This document shows positions 19,328 to 28,951 of a stretch of 64,000 nt of DNA, piece after piece. The stretch comes from Betaproteobacteria bacterium (GTDB lineage: Bacteria; Pseudomonadota; Gammaproteobacteria; Burkholderiales; SG8-41): the NCBI GenBank assembly GCA_016868035.1, contig VGID01000007.1:5302-69301 (forward strand), given 5' to 3'. Position 1 is the first letter of the stretch. Each line of letters begins with the position of its first letter. The translations under genes and the position numbers were made by a program. Below the pieces are notes generated by a model, which worked only from the letters and a program-made list of their open reading frames with translations, had not been told where the DNA came from and did no database searches.

Positions 19328-20314
19328 TCATCTTGCGTCTGCGGTACCCCTGAATTCGAGGGAATTGGCGATCTGCATCACGGTCTCGATCGGTGCCTCG
19401 CCGAGCACCGTCACCATGTAGTCGGAGAGCGGACGGGTGTAGATATTCACCGCTCCCTGGTGCGTCAGGCTCTGCGCCGGCCGGCTCTTGGGCAGCGGCT
19501 CGATGAATACCGAGATCGCGGCGAGGCCGTCGGAAAACACGAGATGCGACACCGCGCTCGAACGCCCGGCGATAAAGCGCTTGAGCTCGGTCAGTTTGCG
19601 GAAACCGCGCGGCTGGCTGGTCAGCACCCAGCCCTTGTCTCCGTGGACCTCGGTCGCTGCGAGAGCCGAGCGATCGACCTTCCAGTCTTGGCTCCTGTGC
19701 GCATACCGCGATTTCACGTCCTCGTGCCGGAAACGCCCGCCGATCTTCAGGGCCGTGAACGCAAACGCCTCGACCAGCTGGTTCTTCTCGCCGAACGTAC
19801 GCGCGCGCAGCGGCAACCCCGAGCCTGCGTCGACGCAGAAGTCGTGCCCGTAGCGCAGTTTGTCCTTGGGCTCGAGCACGACGAGATGGCAGTTGTAACC
19901 GGCTACGCGGTCCATGCCGCCCTTGCGCACCACGTAGTTGTCGGAAATCTCGCTAAGCTGGTCCGGCAGCGACAGCGGGAAACGCCGCCTGCTGCGGCGC
20001 TCGATGAGGATCGTCTTCGATTCCGGCAGGTAGCACGTGACCTGGTCGTTCGTGCGGATGATCTCACGCCGAGGACCGTCGAGCGTTTCGAGCTTCTCGA
20101 ACTCCCCCCCGGCCGGATTGACGTAATGGACGATGCGCGAGGTCTCGCTCTGGTGGGAATTGCGGTAGACGAAAGTGCCGCTGTAATTGAGCTGACGGGA
20201 GGCATTCGCCATCCTCTCCAGCCAGATGAGCCCGTCCTGCGGCTCACCCGTGCCGGCGGACGCGCCCCCCGGCACCGACAGCCAGAGGGCGAAGATCAGC
20301 CACCGCGCCTTCAC
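19328..20314 (-). CDS. rseB: Sigma-E regulator RseB/MucB
   Basis: LNYSGTFVY, LDGPRREIIR, FSDGLAAISVFIEP. Confidence 0.92.
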   Translation of the reverse strand: MKARWLIFALWLSVPGGASAGTGEPQDGLIWLERMANASRQLNYSGTFVYRNSHQSETSRIVHYVNPAGGEFEKLETLDGPRREIIRTNDQVTCYLPESKTILIERRSRRRFPLSLPDQLSEISDNYVVRKGGMDRVAGYNCHLVVLEPKDKLRYGHDFCVDAGSGLPLRARTFGEKNQLVEAFAFTALKIGGRFRHEDVKSRYAHRSQDWKVDRSALAATEVHGDKGWVLTSQPRGFRKLTELKRFIAGRSSAVSHLVFSDGLAAISVFIEPLPKSRPAQSLTHQGAVNIYTRPLSDYMVTVLGEAPIETVMQIANSLEFRGTADAR

Positions 20315-20830
20315 TTAACGTCCCTTGGCCGGTTGCCCGCTCGAAACGGTCCGGATGTAGGGAGCAAGCCCCTGGATCGAGGTGCTGGGGGAGAATTCCT
20401 GATGGGCGATCAGGTACTCGCTCATCTTCCCGTCACTCGGAACGCTCGCGAGCTGTGCGGTGGGCGCTGGCGATGCCACCGCCGGGGCTTTTGCCAATTC
20501 GGTGCTCGGCCCCGGAGCGGTGACGGACAACACCACCCACCCCACGAGCGCGACCGCCGCGAGCGAGGCGGCGGCGGACAGCCCGTACCTGAGAAGCCGC
20601 GTGCCCATCCTGTACTGCGGCGCGACCACGGTCGGCTCCTGCGCGAGCCGCTGGTTCAGCCGCTGCTGGAACCGCGGCGAGAGCATGCGCTCCCCGCGCA
20701 GCGCGTCTCCTACGACATGAAACTCGTCCCAGCGCTCGCGCAGCTCCTCGCTGTCCCGCACGCGGGCAAGCTCCCGGCGCGACTGCCGTTTATCGAGTTG
20801 TCCGTCCATCCATGCCGATATCTCGTCCAT
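20315..20830 (-). CDS. rseA: Anti-sigma-E factor RseA/MucA
   Basis: ISAWMDG, W..FHVVGDALR, TM helix, YLIAHQEFSP. Confidence 0.92.
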   Translation of the reverse strand: MDEISAWMDGQLDKRQSRRELARVRDSEELRERWDEFHVVGDALRGERMLSPRFQQRLNQRLAQEPTVVAPQYRMGTRLLRYGLSAAASLAAVALVGWVVLSVTAPGPSTELAKAPAVASPAPTAQLASVPSDGKMSEYLIAHQEFSPSTSIQGLAPYIRTVSSGQPAKGR

Positions 20831-20831
20831 C

Positions 20832-21431
20832 TCACCATCTCCTGTCCTTCCGGGTGCCGAGCAGCGGTCTCAACTTCTCCGCAATTGCCTCGCGCGCCCG
20901 GAAAATGCGCGACCGGACCGTGCCGATCGGGCAGTTCATGATGCTGGCGATTTCCTCGTAGCTCAGCCCCTCGATCTCGCGAAGCGCAATTGCGGTCCTT
21001 AATTCCTCTGGCAACTCTTCGAGCGTTTGGTTCACCGTCTGCGCGATCTGCCGGCTCATCAACTCGTTCTCCGGCGTGTTCAGATCGCGCAATAATTCAC
21101 CGTTGTCGAACCCTTCCGCCGCCTCCGCGTCGATGTCGGTCGCGGTGGGAGCCCGCCGGCCCATCGCCACCAGGTAGTTCTTGGCGGTATTGATGCCGAT
21201 ACGGTACAACCACGTGTAGAACGCGCTGTCACCCCGGAACGAAGGCAACGCCCGATAGGCCTTGATGAAAGCCTCCTGGGCCACATCCTCCACCTCGTTC
21301 GCATCGCGGATGAACCGCGACAGCAGGCGTCCGAGCTTGCGCTGGTACTTGCTCACCAGCAACCCGAATGCGTGCTTGTCGCCGCGCTGCGCGCGCTCGA
21401 CCAGTTGCTGATCGACTTCGCGATCGCTCAT
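20832..21431 (-). CDS. rpoE: ECF sigma factor RpoE
   Basis: DQQLVERAQRGDK, FYTWLYRI, CPIGTVRSRIFRAR. Confidence 0.97.
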   Translation of the reverse strand: MSDREVDQQLVERAQRGDKHAFGLLVSKYQRKLGRLLSRFIRDANEVEDVAQEAFIKAYRALPSFRGDSAFYTWLYRIGINTAKNYLVAMGRRAPTATDIDAEAAEGFDNGELLRDLNTPENELMSRQIAQTVNQTLEELPEELRTAIALREIEGLSYEEIASIMNCPIGTVRSRIFRAREAIAEKLRPLLGTRKDRRW

Positions 21432-21549
21432 AGAGCCCGTCCCTGAACTTGAAATCGTTTTCCAAGTCGAGCGGCCTTGCCGGTTTAACAAAGGGCAGAG
21501 TATACCCGCCCGCCCGGCATCCGAGGAACGCGAAGTTCATCGTAATTGC

Positions 21550-21576
21550 ACTGACAGGCAGGCAAAACATTAGTTC
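21550..21576 (-). promoter_or_regulatory. Putative sigma-E autoregulatory promoter
   Basis: Minus strand GAACTA-N16-TCAGT upstream of rpoE, resembling GAACTT-N16-TCnnA. Confidence 0.45.
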
Positions 21577-21690
21577 ACCCGCCCTTAAGGGCATTGTTCC
21601 CGCCCTGCCCTCTGCCCGGCGCGGACCGGCCCGCACGGCAGGCCCTGCGGCGTAGGGTCCGGAGCGCCGTCATGGGCTCCCCGTGCCCGC

Positions 21691-23217
21691 TCATCGTGCG
21701 TTTTTGCCATCCCCGCCGGAGCGCAGCCCGGGCGACACCACGACCCGCTCCAGGCCGTCGAATGCCCATTGCACCCCGATCGCCATGGCGGCAGCGGGCA
21801 CGGCCCCCGCCAGCAGCAGGGTGTGGTCGTTGACGGCCAGCCCGGCGACGATGCGCTCCCCGTAGCCCCCGGCGCCGATGAACGCGGCGATGGTGGCGGT
21901 GCCGACATTGATCACCGCGGAAGTCTTGACTCCTGCGAGGATGGTGCGCGCAGCGAGCGGCAGCTCGATCAACCGCAAGCGCATACCGGCGCGGATACCC
22001 AATGCGGTCGCCGACTGCTTAAGGGTATGCGGGACCCCCGCGAGACCGGCCTCCGTGTTCCGCACCACCGGCAGCAGCGCGTAGAGAAAAAGCGCGATGA
22101 TGGCCGGCACCGTGCCGATGCGGTCGAGCAACGCGATCAGGAAGGCGAGCAGCGCGAGAGACGGGATCGTCTGCAGCACGCCTGCCGCGCCGAGGATCCA
22201 CGGGCGCGCCCTGTGCACCCGGTCCGCGAGGATGCCCAGCGGCACGCCCAGCGCCACGCTGAGCAGCAGCGACACGAAGACGAGCGCGAAATGCTGCACG
22301 GTGAGACGCCAGAAGTCCGCGCCGAACAGCGCGCCGAGGAAAGACCGCCGCGCGGGCGGTGGGCCGGGTCCGTCCGCCGACGCGTAGCGCCCCGCGAGAA
22401 AATCCTCCGCAACCTTGTGGAACGGGACTGCCGCGAGTTCCGCGGCGGCATTCATCGCGATCATCCGCTCCGCGGGGATTTGTCCCTGAAGAGCCTGCAG
22501 CGCCCGCCACGAACCGGGGTATCGCTGCGGCAATTCCGCGCGGTGGAGCAGGACCGCCTCGTAGACCGGGAAATATCCACGGTCGTCGTCCAGCACGCGC
22601 AGCCGGTAGCGGCCGATCTTCGCGTCGGTCGTGTACACGTCCACGACGTCCACGTGCCCGGCTGCGATCGCTTCATAGGCGAGCCCATGGTCCAGGCCGC
22701 GCGGCGCATCGAACGGCAGCCCGTATGCCTGCTGCAGCGCGGGCCAACCGTCACGCCGGTTCAAAAATTCCTGGGACAGTCCCAGCTGCAGCCGTGGATG
22801 CCGGGCGAGATCCGAGAGGCTGCGGATGCCGAGCGCGCTCGCCCGTTCCTCGCGCATTGCCAGCGCATAGGTATTGTTGAACCCGAGCGGCACGCCCACG
22901 GCCAACCCGTGTCGGGCCAGCTCGCGGTTGAGCTCCTCTTGCCCGGGCACGCGCTGCAGTCCGAGCAACTCGAGAGCGATGGTGCCGGTGTACTCCGGGT
23001 AGACGTGAATCGCCCCGCTCTTCAGCGCGGCAAACAGAATGGCCGTATTCCCGAGCCCCGGACGATGCGCGGCCCGCGCCTCTCCTGCTGCATCCACCGT
23101 GCGCGCGAGGATTTCGCCGAGCACGTAGGATTCGGTAAAGCGCTTGGAGCCGACATGGACGGTCGGCTGGGCAAAGCCCAGTGCCGGCAGTAGCAGCAGA
23201 AAGATCAGACGCAACAT
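21691..23217 (-). CDS. Fused glycine-betaine-type ABC substrate-binding protein and permease
   Basis: VGSKRFTESY, YPEYTGT, FNNTYA, then permease QTIPSLALL, TIAAFIGAGGYG. Confidence 0.9.
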   Translation of the reverse strand: MLRLIFLLLLPALGFAQPTVHVGSKRFTESYVLGEILARTVDAAGEARAAHRPGLGNTAILFAALKSGAIHVYPEYTGTIALELLGLQRVPGQEELNRELARHGLAVGVPLGFNNTYALAMREERASALGIRSLSDLARHPRLQLGLSQEFLNRRDGWPALQQAYGLPFDAPRGLDHGLAYEAIAAGHVDVVDVYTTDAKIGRYRLRVLDDDRGYFPVYEAVLLHRAELPQRYPGSWRALQALQGQIPAERMIAMNAAAELAAVPFHKVAEDFLAGRYASADGPGPPPARRSFLGALFGADFWRLTVQHFALVFVSLLLSVALGVPLGILADRVHRARPWILGAAGVLQTIPSLALLAFLIALLDRIGTVPAIIALFLYALLPVVRNTEAGLAGVPHTLKQSATALGIRAGMRLRLIELPLAARTILAGVKTSAVINVGTATIAAFIGAGGYGERIVAGLAVNDHTLLLAGAVPAAAMAIGVQWAFDGLERVVVSPGLRSGGDGKNAR

Positions 23218-23345
23218 GGCCGCCGCGCCAGCACGGTTTCACTCCGGATCGGCGCCCGCCCGCCGGGCACGCCGGATGCAGTATGGCCGAAGAACCGCGG
23301 TGCTGGCAAAATAGCACCTTCCACAACCCGGCCGCCGATCTGCAA

Positions 23346-24680
23346 ATGCCTCCGCGCGATTACCCGCTCGAACCGTTCTGGATTCCGTTCACCGCCAACC
23401 GGCAGTTCAAGGCCGCGCCGCGCATACTGGTTTCGGCGAAAGACATGCACTACGTCGCCGAGGACGGCCGCGCGGTCCTCGACGGTACCGCGGGCCTGTG
23501 GTGCGTGAACGCGGGTCATTGCCGGGAGCGGATCACGGAGGCGATCCGGAAGCAGGCTGCCGAGCTCGACTACGGGCCGATCTTCCAGATGGGGCATCCC
23601 GGACCGTTCAAGGTTGCGGAGCGCGTAAAGAAGCTCCTGCCGGGCGACCTCGAGCACGTGTTCTTCACCAATTCCGGCTCGGAATCGGTGGACACCGCCC
23701 TGAAGATCGCCCTCGCCTACCACCGCGCGCGCGGCGAGGGGCACCGCAGGTGGCTGATCGGGCGCGAGCGCGGATATCACGGCGCGGGCTTCGGCGGGAC
23801 CTCGGTCGGGGGCATCCCCGCGAACCGCAGGGCATTCGGGAATCTCCTGCCCTATGTTGACCACCTGCCGCACACGCATGACCTGGAGCACAACTCGTTT
23901 TCACGCGGCCAGCCCGCGTGGGGCGCGCACCTTGCCGAGGAGCTCGAACACCGCATCATCGCGCTGCACGACGCGTCCAACATCGCGGCGGTCATCGTCG
24001 AGCCCGTCGCCGGCTCGACCGGCGTGCTGGTACCCCCGAAAGGCTATTTGGAGCGGCTGCGAGAGCTCTGCGACAAGCACGGGATCCTTCTCATCTTCGA
24101 CGAGGTGATCACCGGTTTCGGGCGCGTCGGCGCGCCGTTTGCCGCCACCCGCTTCGGCGTCGTGCCCGACATCATCACGATGGCAAAGGGCATCACCAAC
24201 GCCACGGTGCCGATGGGCGCGGTGGCGGTGCGCCGCGGCATCTACGAGTCGGTCGTGAACGGCGCCGCGGAGAACGCGATCGAGCTCGCTCACGGGTACA
24301 CCTATTCCGGGCACCCGCTAGCGGCAGCAGCGGCCCTCGCAACGCTCGATCTCTACGAGGAGGAGCGCCTGTTCGAGCGCGCCGCGTCACTCGCGCCGCA
24401 TTTCGAGAACGCGGTGCATTCCCTGCGCGAGGCTCCGCACGTCGCCGACATCCGCAACTTCGGCATGATGGCGGCCATCGAGCTGGAACCCATCCCGGGC
24501 AAGCCGGGCGCCCGCGGCTATCAGGCGCTGGTGCGCGCATTCGAGCGTGGCGTGCTGGTGCGCACGACCGGCGACGTCATCGCCATGTCGCCGCCGCTCA
24601 TCATCAGCAAGGAGCAGATCGACGAGCTCGTCGGCACGCTCGCGTCAGTGCTGCGCGAGATGGCCACGCAGAATCCGTAA
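23346..24680 (+). CDS. Omega-amino acid (beta-alanine)--pyruvate aminotransferase, class III
   Basis: FWIPFTANRQFK, DGTAGLWC, FDEVITGFGR, MAKG, HGYTYSGHP. Confidence 0.93.
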   Translation: MPPRDYPLEPFWIPFTANRQFKAAPRILVSAKDMHYVAEDGRAVLDGTAGLWCVNAGHCRERITEAIRKQAAELDYGPIFQMGHPGPFKVAERVKKLLPGDLEHVFFTNSGSESVDTALKIALAYHRARGEGHRRWLIGRERGYHGAGFGGTSVGGIPANRRAFGNLLPYVDHLPHTHDLEHNSFSRGQPAWGAHLAEELEHRIIALHDASNIAAVIVEPVAGSTGVLVPPKGYLERLRELCDKHGILLIFDEVITGFGRVGAPFAATRFGVVPDIITMAKGITNATVPMGAVAVRRGIYESVVNGAAENAIELAHGYTYSGHPLAAAAALATLDLYEEERLFERAASLAPHFENAVHSLREAPHVADIRNFGMMAAIELEPIPGKPGARGYQALVRAFERGVLVRTTGDVIAMSPPLIISKEQIDELVGTLASVLREMATQNP

Positions 24681-24993
24681 CCGCAAAGACGCTAAGAGCC
24701 TCTATCACAAAGATCCAAAGAGCATGAAACCGCCGATGAACGCAGACGGACGAAGATAAGATCAAGACCAATATAGACAGGATTAACAGGATGAAAACAG
24801 GATTTACAGGATTATTTGCTCGAGTCTAATCCTGTTAATCTTGTGAAATCCTGTAAATCCTGTCCATTTCTTATCGGCGTTTATCGGCGGCTAATATTTC
24901 TCGATTTTGTTGCCAGCTCTAAGGGATCGCCAGGGGATCAAGAATCAGATCTCGATGCTTTGCGGGCTCTTTGCGCCTCCGCGTCTCCGCGGT
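24680..24993. repeat. Nested palindrome with 8-, 10- and 9-nt periodic arms
   Basis: Outer CCGCAAAG/ACGCTAAG vs CTTTGCGC/CTCCGCGT/CTCCGCGG; middle CGCCGATGAA-type x3 vs TTATCGGCGN x2; inner NACAGGATN x4 vs NAATCCTGT-type x4. Confidence 0.85.
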
Positions 24994-25007
24994 CCGGCCC
25001 CCCCGGC

Positions 25008-28000
25008 CTAGACCCGCGGCAGGTCGCGTGCGGCAAGCTGCGTGAGGCAGTGATCCACCCACTCCGCGGTGAGCTTCTCCTGCATCGAATTCTGCCGCAG
25101 CCGCGCGTCCAGGGCCGCGAAATCCACGCGGTCGAGCGGCTGGTCCTGGTTGAAGCACGAGAAGACGTAGGTCACCTTCCCCGTGGCAGCATCCACGTGC
25201 GGCTGCAGGCACTGCGCGCAGATCTCCTTCATCATGCACTGCATCGGGGAATTGATGGACCCGATGCCGCGATGGCGCGCCTTGAGGTAGGGCTTGAGCA
25301 CGTCGTGACGTGCGTGCGCGACCGCGGCCATCATCTTGTTCGACCCGATCGCCATGATCCGGTCCGCGTCGCCGAACGGAATCGGCTGCTCGCCGAGCGC
25401 GCCGCTCGCGTACGCATGCATCCCCTGTACGATGTTGCCGACGAATCTCTTGTCCTGCGGCCGCTCCGGGGTGAATCCGGGCTCCTCGTCGCAGCACCAC
25501 ACGACCGCGTCCGCCGCCGCCTCGATGTCAGCGACCTTGTAGCGGTCCGTCATGTGCTTGTAGCCGGCGAAATACAGAACCCGGCTGCCAGCGCGGCGCA
25601 TCGCCTGGCCGATCGAGAGCAGCACGGCGTTGCCCAGTCCGCCGCCTGCAAGCACCACGGTCTCTCCGGACGGGATCTCGGTCGGCGTGCCGGTCGGGCC
25701 CATCAGGACCACCGGCTCCCCGGGCTTGAGAAGCACGCACACATCCGATGATCCGCCCATCTCGAGCACGATCGTCGAGATCAGCCCCCGCGCGCGATCC
25801 ACCCAGGCGCCGGTGAGCGCGAGCCCTTCCATTGCGAGCCGCGTGCTGTCGGCGCGCGCCGCGTTCGCCTCGTAGTTCTGCAGGCGGTAGAACTGCCCGG
25901 GACGGAAGCGTCGCGCAGCCGCCGGGGCGCGGACCACGACTTCCATGATGAGGGGGGTCAACCGTACCACGTCGTGGACGGTGGCGCGCCACTCGTCGTT
26001 GAGGCGGACGAAGAACTCGTCATCGCCCAGCCGCGAAGCCGGACGCACACGCCCGAGCACGGCGCTGACGGTTGGATAGCCCTGCTTGGCGCTGCCGATC
26101 GCCTTGACCACGTTGCCGAAGTACGAGGGGTGAACGTCGCCGAAATAGCTCATGAAGCGGCCATCGGGCGACCGCGACAGCAGCACGCGCGCACGCGCCG
26201 GCTTGGAGATGGCTTTTTCCGGCACAACCGGGTTGCCTTCCTCGTCGCACGCCTGGAAATAGCGTCCGTCCAGCGTGAAGTGCGCGGGATCCTCGCGCGC
26301 GAGGATCGTGTTGGGCTGGGTGCCGGCCGCGATCAGGATCGTCCCCGCCCGCAGCTCGGCGCGCCCGATTTCGGCCCAACGGGCGTCCTCGCCGCGCCGC
26401 TGCACCGACACCCGCAGAGCGCGGGCGTGGCCGTATTCGTCCACCTCGATCGCAAGCGGCGTAAGGCCCTCGGCAAAGCGCACGCCCTCCTCCAGCGCTT
26501 TCTGCACTTCCTCGTGGTTCAGCACATAGGACGGGCTGTCGATCATCCGCTTTCGATAGGCGATCGTGACCCCGCCCCACGACTGCAGCAGCTCGAGGAT
26601 GCGCGGCGCGCGGCCTTCTGCCCGTGCGGCCGAGCGCTCGTCGCGGATCGCGCGCGCGTGCGCGAGAAACTCGTCGGCGATGGCGCGCTCCTCCTCGTAC
26701 CATGCGACCCGCGCCGCGCTCTCTCCGTGCTCGCGCGCGAGCTGCTCATAGCGCTGCAGAAATTTCTCGACCTGCACCGGGTAGTAGGCGAGCGACTCGG
26801 TGGCGGTGTCGATCGCGGTCAAACCTCCTCCGACCACGACAATCGGCAGGCGCACCTGCATATTGGCGATCGAGTCCGCCTTTGCGGCTCCCGTAAGTTG
26901 CAGCGCCATCAAGAAGTCGGACGCAGCGCGCACGCCGCGTGCGAGCCCGTTCGGAAGGTCGAGCACGGTCGGACGCCCCGCGCCGACCGCCAGCGCGACA
27001 TGGTCGAAGCCCAGCGCAAACGCTTCCTCGGCCGTCACCGTGCCGCCAAAGCGCACGCCGCCGAACAGCGCGAACTCGCGCCGGCGCTCGAGCAGCAGGC
27101 GCAATACCTTGAGGAAGTTCTTGTCCCAGCGCACGGTGATGCCGTACTCGGCCACCCCGCCGAATCCCGCCATCACGCGCCTGTCGAGCTCCTCGTAGAG
27201 TTCCTTCACGTCGCGGATCGGACGGAACGCAACGCGTGCGCCGCGCGCATCCACTCCCGAGAGCTCCGCCGGCAGCGGCTCGATCTTCAACCCGTCGATG
27301 CCGGCCACCGCATGCCCCTCGTTCATCAAGTAGTGTGCGAGCGCGATGCCCGCGGGCCCCATGCCCGCGATCAACACTCTCTTGCCCGTCGCCGGCTTCG
27401 GGTACGGCGCGCGCAGGTTGAGCGGATTCCAGCGCGTGAGCAGCGAGTAGATCTCGAAGCCCCACGGCAGCTCCAGCACGTCCTTCAACGCGCGGGTTTC
27501 GACCTGCGGGATGTTGACCGGCTCCTGCTTCTGATAGATGCACGACTTCATGCAGTCGTTGCAGATCCGGTGTCCGGTCGCCGCCACCATCGGGTTGTCC
27601 ACCACGATGATCGCGAGCGCGCCGACTGGAAGCCCTTGCGCCTTGGCCTGCTGGAATTCGGAGATCTTTTCCTCGAGCGGGCATCCCGCGAGGATCACGC
27701 CGAACGGGCTCTTCTTGAATTGCGCCGCGCCCGTCGCAGCGGGCGCCTTCTCCATCAGGCCCTTCGAGCAGGAGTCCTTGCCCTGCTCGTGGCACCAGAT
27801 GCAGTAATGCGCCTGGTCGAGCGCGCCGACGAGGTCGGTGCCGCGGTCGCTCAAGCCGAAGCCTTCACGCCGGCGCAGGTGCGCGCCTTCGATGACGTGT
27901 GCCTTGTAGCCCTGCGCGTCATCCGTGGCAACCGGGATCAGGCGCTGGTAATCGAGCTTGGCGGGCAGCTTGAAGAGGACTCCGGCGTGGTGCCGCGCCT

Positions 28001-28538
28001 TTCCCTCTCGCGACCAGAGGGCCCACGCCGCATAGCGCAGCGCAACATCGAGTTGGGCGGCGTGCGGTGCCTCGTCCTGTTGCCACGCAGTCACGTGCCG
28101 GGCGAACGCGATCTCGCTGAACGGCTCTCCGAAAGCCTCCACCAGCGCCTGTTCCAGCGCCGGGCCGTCGAATCCTTCGGCTTCTGCCGGAGTGAAGCGA
28201 TGCGCCGCCCTGCGCTGCACGAAGGCCCGCTTCACGCGATACAGCGGGGTGAGCGCCCGATGTCCGGACGCGAGCGCATCGAGCTCGGCTTCGATCCCGA
28301 ACAGCCACGCGATGAAGCGCTCGAGATGCGGCGAGAGCGCGGGCAACAACTCCGATTCCTGCCTTGCGCTTAACGCTTCCGGATGTTCGCGCGCGTGCAC
28401 GAGCCGCTCGCGCAGGGCGGCATCTCCGTGCGCCAGCGCATCGAGAAAAAGCCGATCGAGCCGGACCAGCCCTTCGCGCTGATAGAGCGCATCGAAGGTG
28501 AGCCCGGACTCAGGAACGGGGATGGTCTTCGCAGCCAC
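25008..28538 (-). CDS. Large FAD/Fe-S oxidoreductase: GltD/NfnB-like domain fused to PyrK/NfnA-like domain
   Basis: CIWC..C, GCP, ICNDCMKSC, GMGPAG and GGGLTAID Rossmann motifs; C-terminal PGQFYRL, GPTG, GGGLGNA, MQCMMKEICAQC. Confidence 0.8.
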   Translation of the reverse strand: MAAKTIPVPESGLTFDALYQREGLVRLDRLFLDALAHGDAALRERLVHAREHPEALSARQESELLPALSPHLERFIAWLFGIEAELDALASGHRALTPLYRVKRAFVQRRAAHRFTPAEAEGFDGPALEQALVEAFGEPFSEIAFARHVTAWQQDEAPHAAQLDVALRYAAWALWSREGKARHHAGVLFKLPAKLDYQRLIPVATDDAQGYKAHVIEGAHLRRREGFGLSDRGTDLVGALDQAHYCIWCHEQGKDSCSKGLMEKAPAATGAAQFKKSPFGVILAGCPLEEKISEFQQAKAQGLPVGALAIIVVDNPMVAATGHRICNDCMKSCIYQKQEPVNIPQVETRALKDVLELPWGFEIYSLLTRWNPLNLRAPYPKPATGKRVLIAGMGPAGIALAHYLMNEGHAVAGIDGLKIEPLPAELSGVDARGARVAFRPIRDVKELYEELDRRVMAGFGGVAEYGITVRWDKNFLKVLRLLLERRREFALFGGVRFGGTVTAEEAFALGFDHVALAVGAGRPTVLDLPNGLARGVRAASDFLMALQLTGAAKADSIANMQVRLPIVVVGGGLTAIDTATESLAYYPVQVEKFLQRYEQLAREHGESAARVAWYEEERAIADEFLAHARAIRDERSAARAEGRAPRILELLQSWGGVTIAYRKRMIDSPSYVLNHEEVQKALEEGVRFAEGLTPLAIEVDEYGHARALRVSVQRRGEDARWAEIGRAELRAGTILIAAGTQPNTILAREDPAHFTLDGRYFQACDEEGNPVVPEKAISKPARARVLLSRSPDGRFMSYFGDVHPSYFGNVVKAIGSAKQGYPTVSAVLGRVRPASRLGDDEFFVRLNDEWRATVHDVVRLTPLIMEVVVRAPAAARRFRPGQFYRLQNYEANAARADSTRLAMEGLALTGAWVDRARGLISTIVLEMGGSSDVCVLLKPGEPVVLMGPTGTPTEIPSGETVVLAGGGLGNAVLLSIGQAMRRAGSRVLYFAGYKHMTDRYKVADIEAAADAVVWCCDEEPGFTPERPQDKRFVGNIVQGMHAYASGALGEQPIPFGDADRIMAIGSNKMMAAVAHARHDVLKPYLKARHRGIGSINSPMQCMMKEICAQCLQPHVDAATGKVTYVFSCFNQDQPLDRVDFAALDARLRQNSMQEKLTAEWVDHCLTQLAARDLPRV

Positions 28539-28784
28539 GTACTACGCTCAACACATTGAAAATTCTAGATTATACCCGCGCCGCCCGGTACGCCTCATCG
28601 CTTTGCGTTCCATGGATACGGGCGGAGGCAATATATTGGGCACGCAACATGGCCGGCTCCGTCGGCGAACGACCGCCATGGCGGGGCATGCGATAATGAC
28701 CGGGCGGATTTCCGCCTTGCTTCATGGCCTTTTCGCCACTGCGAGCAGGCCTGTGCGTGGCCAAAAGTGGAGCGGGATGACAGT

Positions 28785-28916
28785 ATGACGCAAACCGTGC
28801 GAACGCTGATGTGGCTGATGCTCGCCGTGCTGGCGGCGCTGGTGAGCTATAGCGGTTTTCGCGGCTATCTAGGCCCCGAGTTGCTGCTCAATTTCGCCAA
28901 TACGGTTTACTGCTAG
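28785..28916 (+). CDS. 43-aa small membrane protein
   Basis: MTQTVRTLMWLMLAVLAALVSYSGFRGYLGPELLLNFANTVYC*; hydrophobic helix; below the ORF-track cutoff. Confidence 0.6.
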   Translation: MTQTVRTLMWLMLAVLAALVSYSGFRGYLGPELLLNFANTVYC

Positions 28917-28951
28917 CAAGTCCCCGTCGCATCCGATCCGAAGGAGCGTCC

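Noticed and set aside
24776-24864. Possible CRISPR array
   Set aside because: Units are 9 nt, tandem and inverted, with no unique spacers and no cas genes.
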